NCBI GenBank assembly: GCA_963754875.1
Contig: CAVWHO010000006.1
Coordinates: 1-11,354, forward strand
Direction of reading: 5' to 3'
Source of the DNA: Nitrospirota bacterium
Lineage (GTDB): Bacteria; Nitrospirota; UBA9217
Length of the DNA stretch: 11,354 bases
Numbering within the stretch: the first letter of the stretch is position 1; each line of letters begins with the position of its first letter. The position numbers were made by a program, and so were the translations under genes. The notes beneath the pieces are model-generated. The model had not been told where the DNA came from and did not search any database. It saw nothing but the letters and a program-made list of their open reading frames with translations. This document shows, piece by piece, positions 6,558-11,354 of the stretch.

Positions 6558-8562
6558 TTATTTCCCCAGGGCCTTTTTCGCCGCCTGTCGCACCGTTGCA
6601 TCCGGGTCTTCTTCGGCGATCTTCGCCAGGAGCGCCTCGCTTGCTGCGGTACCCTTTTGTTGGACGATCTCGATGGCCGCCTTGCGCACGCTCCAGTGAG
6701 GGTCCGACAGGCATGCCGTCACGGTTCCGGCGGCGGCCTCTCCGCTGTAATTCGACAACGCCAGGAGCACGGTCTTGCGTACTTCCGGATCACCGTGATC
6801 AGCCAGTGCCATGAGCGGCCCCAGCGCTTTCGAGTATTTCAGTTTGCCCAGCACCTCGACGATTGCCAGGAGAAATATGTCGGATGCCGTCCCGAGGTAG
6901 GAAGTCAGAATTTCCCCGGCCTCGGTCTCCGCCGATGTTTGCGAGCCCCCGCGCTGCCGCAGCCTTCACCCAGAGGTCGGCGTCTTCAAGGAGATGGATG
7001 AGGGCGTCGCGGGCCTCGGGCGCATCAATGGCGCCCAGCGCCTGCTGCTGCCAGCATTCTGACCTCGGGATCGTCATCAGTGACCGCGAGCAGGAGGGAG
7101 CCGGAGCGCTTTACCTCCGGCAGCGCTGCCGAGAGCCTGGACAACGGCCTTTCTGACCGCCGGCTCTTCATCCTTGAGCGCAAAGGCCAGGGCCTCGTAG
7201 GACCCGCTGGCTCGAAAATTTTCCGAGCAGGCATGCGATGTTCCGCCGCAGATAGGCCTCGTGGGTGGAAAAATCCTTGAGCAGGCTGTCGAGCACGGAC
7301 TCGTCGCCGATCGCAGCCAGCGCCGGCGATGGCGGCTTCCTGGACGTTCTCGTATTCGTCCTGCAGGAGCGCCAGAAGGCCGGAGCGCGCCTTCTTGCTT
7401 CGCAGGAGTCCGAGGGCCACCGGCAGCCGTGCTCCGCACGTGTCCGTTCTCGTCCTGCGAGGAGCCGGATCAGGGCGTCTTCGGCAGGACGCTGATACGG
7501 CAGGTCGCCCAGCACCTGGGCCACGGTCTGGCGTACGAGCGCGTTATCGTTCGAAAGGTAGTCGATCAGAAAGCCGGCCTGGTCAGGGTCGATATGGGAA
7601 AGCGACTGCACCACGGGATCGGCAAGGTCCTCTTCTTTCAGCAGGGTAAATAGTTTTCTGATCGAGTTCTCCCTGCCGCGTCCAGCCAAGTACGGCAATG
7701 GCCGATCTCTGCAGCTCTCCTGCGCTCGTTATGAGGATTTCTTCGAGAAAGTCCACAGCCCGCTCGCTCAGGCCGGCGCGCACGTCTTGCGACGATCTTC
7801 CGGCGCTCCAGCTGCTTCGCTCTTCCGGTAGATCGCGGCAAGCGCCACGATCGATACTTCGCGAACGATCCGCAGCGGGTCGGCCAGGCTCGCGACGAGC
7901 GGCGCCAGAGTCGTTGCGTTGCCGATCTTGCCAAGGGCCTCAAGAACGGGTTCGCGGAGGCTGCTCCGGCCGAGTGCCGCAAGAAGCGGTCCAAGCGCAC
8001 GTTCGTCACCGATCTCTCCCAGGGCCTCAGCGGCAGCATAGTCGAGCCAGCCCTGGTTGTAGCGGGTAAGACAGGCGAGCAGCGCATCGACCGCCCGGCG
8101 GTCCCGGATTTTGCCGAGGGCCTCCGCTGCGGCCACCCGGATATTCTCGTCAGCGTCCTCCAGCCTGTCGACCAGGGCCGGCACGGCTTGGCGGTCCTTG
8201 ATGTCCCCCAGGATATCGACGACGAATTTCCGCACGTCCGGATCAGGCGTTTCTACGATGCCGAGCAGGGGCCGAACCGCCTGCGCCGCCGAGCTGGACG
8301 AGCGCCTCGATGGCCGAGTTTCGTGCGCCGGCATTATCGTGCGCACTCAGCTCCTGAATGAGACCGGTAATGACGTTTGCCCCGCCGAGCGACAGCAACG
8401 CCTCGACCGCGGTTTTCCGCACCCTCCAGTCGACGTCTCCCATTGCGCGAAGAAGCAGGGGCAGGGCCTCGCTGCCGATGCCGCGAGCTCGAGAACGGCC
8501 TGACGCCGCTCTTCGGCGTCGCTGCTCTCCAGCTTGTTTCCTCCCGTTTTATGAGGCGACAT
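6558..8562 (-). CDS. HEAT / PBS-lyase repeat protein (about 660 aa; multiply frameshifted in this read)
   Basis: Consecutive fragments in different frames carry HEAT repeats: DVDWRVRKTAVEAL, DPDVRKFVVDILG, DENIRVAAAEALG, DEYENVQEAAI, DEEPAVRKAVVQALG, DPHWSVRKAAI. ATG 8562 overlaps the cheW end, and the TAA at 6558-6560 abuts the cheR ATG. Confidence 0.85.
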
Positions 8563-9083
8563 GTTCCGCCTCCGCCAGCGCTGAACGCTCCTGCTGGCTC
8601 AGTATCCTGGCAATGTCCAGAAGAATGATGAGCCGTTCCCCTACTTTGCCCACCCCGGTTATGAACGCAGCCTGTGCTCCCGTCGCTGCCTCCGGGGCCG
8701 GTGCGATGTCTTTTCTCGGCACGTGGATCACCTCGTGCACGGAGTCGACCACGAGGCCGAGCAGCTCCTGCTTGTTCCCCGGCGCGGTCGGGAGCGCGCC
8801 TTTCGTGATCATCATGCGCATCTTGCGAAGATTGTCGCCGACCTCCGCAAGACCGAACCGTTTCCGCAGATCGACGATCGGGATGATGGCGCCGCGCAGG
8901 TTGATCACTCCCTCGATGAACTGGGGCATCCGGGGCAGCGTCGTGATCTTCTGCGGCCGGACGACCTCGGTTATGGAGTTGATGTCCAGCCCGTATTCCT
9001 CGGCGCCCACCTGGAACGTCACGAGCTGCAGCGTGTCGTCGACAACAACCGTTTTTTTCTCTTTTGACGATGATGCTCTTCAT
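8549..9083 (-). CDS. cheW: Chemotaxis coupling protein CheW
   Basis: LQLVTFQVGAEEYGLDINSITEVV...IEGVINLRGAIIPIVDLRKRF...GLVVDSVHEV...LIILLDIARIL. Likely start is ATG 9083 (MKSIIVKREK/TVVVDDT), which needs a 1 nt correction in the homopolymer at 9052-9058. Confidence 0.92.
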
Positions 9084-9105
9084 CGCCCTGCCCCGGTCCT
9101 GGAGT

Positions 9106-10530
9106 TCACGTTCTGAATTTCTCGATGTCCTTTTTCAGCGTTTCCGTCTGCTTGACCATGACGTCCATGGCAATGTTCAGCCCGACGCTCAGGTCTGCAT
9201 TGGATTTGGCAATTTCCTTGATCCGTTCGATTGCCTTTACGATCAGGTCGCTGCCGGCCTGCACTTCACCGGCCGCACGGTGGACCAGCCCGATTTTCGT
9301 GCTCATATTTTCCACGGAGGTCGTAATGTCCTTGCTTCCCTTCGCCTGTTCCTCGGTGGAACTTTTTACAAAGCGCGTCAGCTCCCGCATCTTTTCCGCT
9401 GCACGCATGATCTGATCGCTGCCGGTCCGCTGCTCGTTTGCGGCGCGGGCGATCTGGTGGGTCATTTCGTTGATTTTCTCGACGGCGTCGCTCACCTGGC
9501 GTATGCCCCGGGTCTGCTCGGCGGCCGCCTTGTTGATGCTCTTGCTCATGTCCCGGGCACGGTCCGCACGGTCCAGGATCTTCTTGAGGGCTTCTCCGGC
9601 ATCGCGGGCAAGCAGGACCCCGTCTGCAACCAGCGAGACCTCTTCCCGCATGACTCCCACGGCATCGCGCGTCTCTTCCTGAACGGACGCGATCAGTGTC
9701 CCGATTTCCTTCGTGGACGACGCCGTGCGGTTGGCGAGCTCGCGGATCTCCGCCGCGACCACGGCAAACCCCTTGCCGTGCTCGCCTGCCTGCGCCGCCA
9801 GGATGGCCGCATTCAGGGCCAGGAGCCCGGTTTGGTCCGTTATGTCTTCGATCACCGTCAGGATGCTCCCGATGCTCTCGGCACGTTCGCCCAGGCGATT
9901 GACCACACCCGCCGTACGCCGTGCCGTAGCGTCGATCCGGTTCATGCCTTCGATGGTCTTTTCGATCGAGCGCATGCCGAGCTGCTCTGCGTCGGCGGCG
10001 ACGGCATCAGCGAGCGCAGCGGACTCCTGCGCATTGGTCTCCACCTCTTTCACCGATGCGCTGATCTCTGTCGCCGACGCGGCCGTATCTTCCGCGGCAG
10101 TGGAGAGCACCTCTACGTTTTCGGCGATCTGGCGGACCGCGGCCGACATTTGGGTGATGGCGGTCGACGTTTCCTCGATGGACGACGACAGGTCCGCCAT
10201 GGTCTTGGCGACTTCATGCACCGAGGCCGCCATCTCGATGACCGATGAAGACGTCTGCTCCGAGTTCCTATGGAGCGCCTCGACGGTGCCCGCGATCTCC
10301 TTCAGGGAGAAATGCATCTCGTTGACGGACGACGCGGCTTCTTCCACGGATTCCGCCTGCACTTTGCTTCCTGTCGTAATCTCAGCAGATATCACCTTGA
10401 CTTCCCGCCATACCGTATCTGTCTTGTGGGCCGCCTCCCGAATGTTCTCGATCATGCCTTTGAGGCCGACGATCATGCGGTTCAAGCCCCTTCCGAGCAT
10501 CCCGATCTCGTCCATCGTGCTCACTGAGAG
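9106..10530 (-). CDS. Methyl-accepting chemotaxis protein, 5' truncated within the HAMP domain
   Basis: Second half of HAMP ([13 protein letters not shown]) and hairpin tip [43 protein letters not shown], with long methylation helices. No transmembrane or sensor region before the sequence changes character at about 10530-10560. Confidence 0.92.
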   Translation of the reverse strand, partial: LSVSTMDEIGMLGRGLNRMIVGLKGMIENIREAAHKTDTVWREVKVISAEITTGSKVQAESVEEAASSVNEMHFSLKEIAGTVEALHRNSEQTSSSVIEMAASVHEVAKTMADLSSSIEETSTAITQMSAAVRQIAENVEVLSTAAEDTAASATEISASVKEVETNAQESAALADAVAADAEQLGMRSIEKTIEGMNRIDATARRTAGVVNRLGERAESIGSILTVIEDITDQTGLLALNAAILAAQAGEHGKGFAVVAAEIRELANRTASSTKEIGTLIASVQEETRDAVGVMREEVSLVADGVLLARDAGEALKKILDRADRARDMSKSINKAAAEQTRGIRQVSDAVEKINEMTHQIARAANEQRTGSDQIMRAAEKMRELTRFVKSSTEEQAKGSKDITTSVENMSTKIGLVHRAAGEVQAGSDLIVKAIERIKEIAKSNADLSVGLNIAMDVMVKQTETLKKDIEKFRT

Positions 10531-10562
10531 CCCGGAAAGGAGGCGCGCGGAGAGATCCCTAC

Positions 10563-10594
10563 GGACGCCGCGTCGCTGCGCTCCTCGCGATGAC
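10563..10594. repeat. One arm of a REP-like palindromic element (GTCATTGCGAGGAGC...CGACG type)
   Basis: GGACGCCGCGTCGCTGCGCTCCTCGCGATGAC closely resembles, from recall, the widespread repeat arm GATTGCTTCGTCGCTGCGCTCCTCGCAATGAC. It lies just downstream of the ATPase stop; the partner arm is absent. Confidence 0.6.
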
Positions 10595-10608
10595 AAAGAG
10601 GGAGGCGC

Positions 10609-11327
10609 TCATTTCTTGATGTTCAGATACGCGAGGATGTCGTCGTAGAGGCCGCTCTGGTTGGCGTAGAGGGCGTAGTTGCGGGCGGTGTCGAACCAGT
10701 CGCGGGTGGAGGGCTTTGGCGTCGCCGCTGCGAGGAGGTCGCGGCTGGTGATGGGTTGGCGGCCGGTGCGCATGGCCTCGCGGAGTTTCTCTTCAATGGC
10801 GAGGTCGACGACGGCCTTGAGGTCGGCGCCGGAGAAGTCGTTCGGTCTTCTTGGCGAGGTGCGTCGTAGTCGAGTCGTCGACGGGTTTGCCGCGTGCAGC
10901 AGGAGCGCGGAGGATGGCGGCGCGGGCGGGCGCGTCGGGCGGCGGGACGAAGAGGATGCGGTCGAAGCGGCCGGGGCGGCGGAAGGCGGGGTCGAGGTGC
11001 CAGGGGGCGTTGGTGGCGGCGAGGATGAGGACGCCCTCGTTGGCGGCCTGGACGCCGTCGAGCTCGGCGAGGAACTGGTTGATGAGCGTGGCGGCCGGCG
11101 CTGGTGCGCATGTCGGCGCGGCTGGCGCCGAGGGCGTCGACCTCGTCGAAGAAGAGCACGCAGGGGCGTTGCGGCGGGCCTGCTCGAAGAGTTCGTGCAG
11201 GTTGCTTTCGCTGTTGCCGATCCACATGTCGAGGACGTCGTGGATGCCGACGGCGAGGAAGCCGGCCTTGATCTCGCCGGCGGTGGCGCGGGCGAGGTAG
11301 GTCTTGCCGCAGCCGGGCGGGCCATAG
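10609..11327 (-). CDS. AAA+ ATPase, CDC48/p97-like (partial, frameshifted)
   Basis: Walker A LYGPPGCGKT, pore loop DMWIGNSESNL, Walker B VLFFDEVDAL, SRH ATNAPWHLDPAFRRPGRFD, lid DFSGADLKAVVD, distributed over three frames. Confidence 0.9.
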
Positions 11328-11346
11328 AGCAATACGTAACTGAACG
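11328..11346 (-). other. Oxford Nanopore ligation adapter remnant (technical)
   Basis: AGCAATACGTAACTGAACG is the exact reverse complement of CGTTCAGTTACGTATTGCT from the ONT adapter, and it sits at the very end of the sequence. Confidence 0.93.
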
Positions 11347-11354
11347 GGGCCACA

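Noticed and set aside
6558..8562. Interpretation as several small separate HEAT genes
   Set aside because: The fragments are contiguous, switch frame mid-repeat and lack their own RBSs, which fits one gene with indel errors.
10531..10596. ORF-track N-terminus of the MCP ([13 protein letters not shown]...)
   Set aside because: Mostly translation of the REP-like arm and junction. RDLSARL might be real HAMP sequence, so the exact breakpoint is uncertain.
3073..10648. Long plus-strand ORFs opposite the che genes (e.g. 6051-7001, 9064-10248, 9713-10648)
   Set aside because: Typical antisense open frames of GC-rich coding DNA. The minus-strand products carry all the family motifs.
10609..11327. 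AAA+ ATPase as a novel member of the chemosensory operon
   Set aside because: The GC shift, truncated MCP and terminal adapter point to a chimeric join, so the linkage cannot be trusted.
1..11354. CRISPR array, tRNA/rRNA, complete attC or riboswitch
   Set aside because: No regularly spaced direct repeats or recognisable structured RNA were seen by eye.

Overview
All supported genes lie on the minus strand, in three blocks. (1) 1-2772 is an accessory region. It holds an HUH/Y1 transposase (RAYT / IS200-like) bounded by an inverted terminal motif. It also holds a nested toxin-antitoxin locus: an MNT-HEPN pair sits between the N- and C-terminal halves of a PIN-domain toxin gene, both toxins are broken and both antitoxins are intact. 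A stand-alone DEDDh exonuclease closes the block. (2) 3091-~10530 is a chemosensory cluster, in transcription order MCP (5' truncated), cheW, HEAT-repeat protein, cheR, cheB, coiled-coil/GAF protein, cheY, terminator. It has a near-consensus internal sigma70 promoter and no cheA in the window. The gene order resembles deltaproteobacterial-type HEAT-containing Che clusters. (3) ~10560-11327 is a much more GC-rich segment with half of a REP-like palindrome and the 3' part of a CDC48-like AAA+ ATPase. The window ends in an Oxford Nanopore adapter (11328-11346). The many frameshifts in cheB, HEAT, cheW and the ATPase are therefore probably read errors, and the MCP/ATPase junction is probably a chimera.
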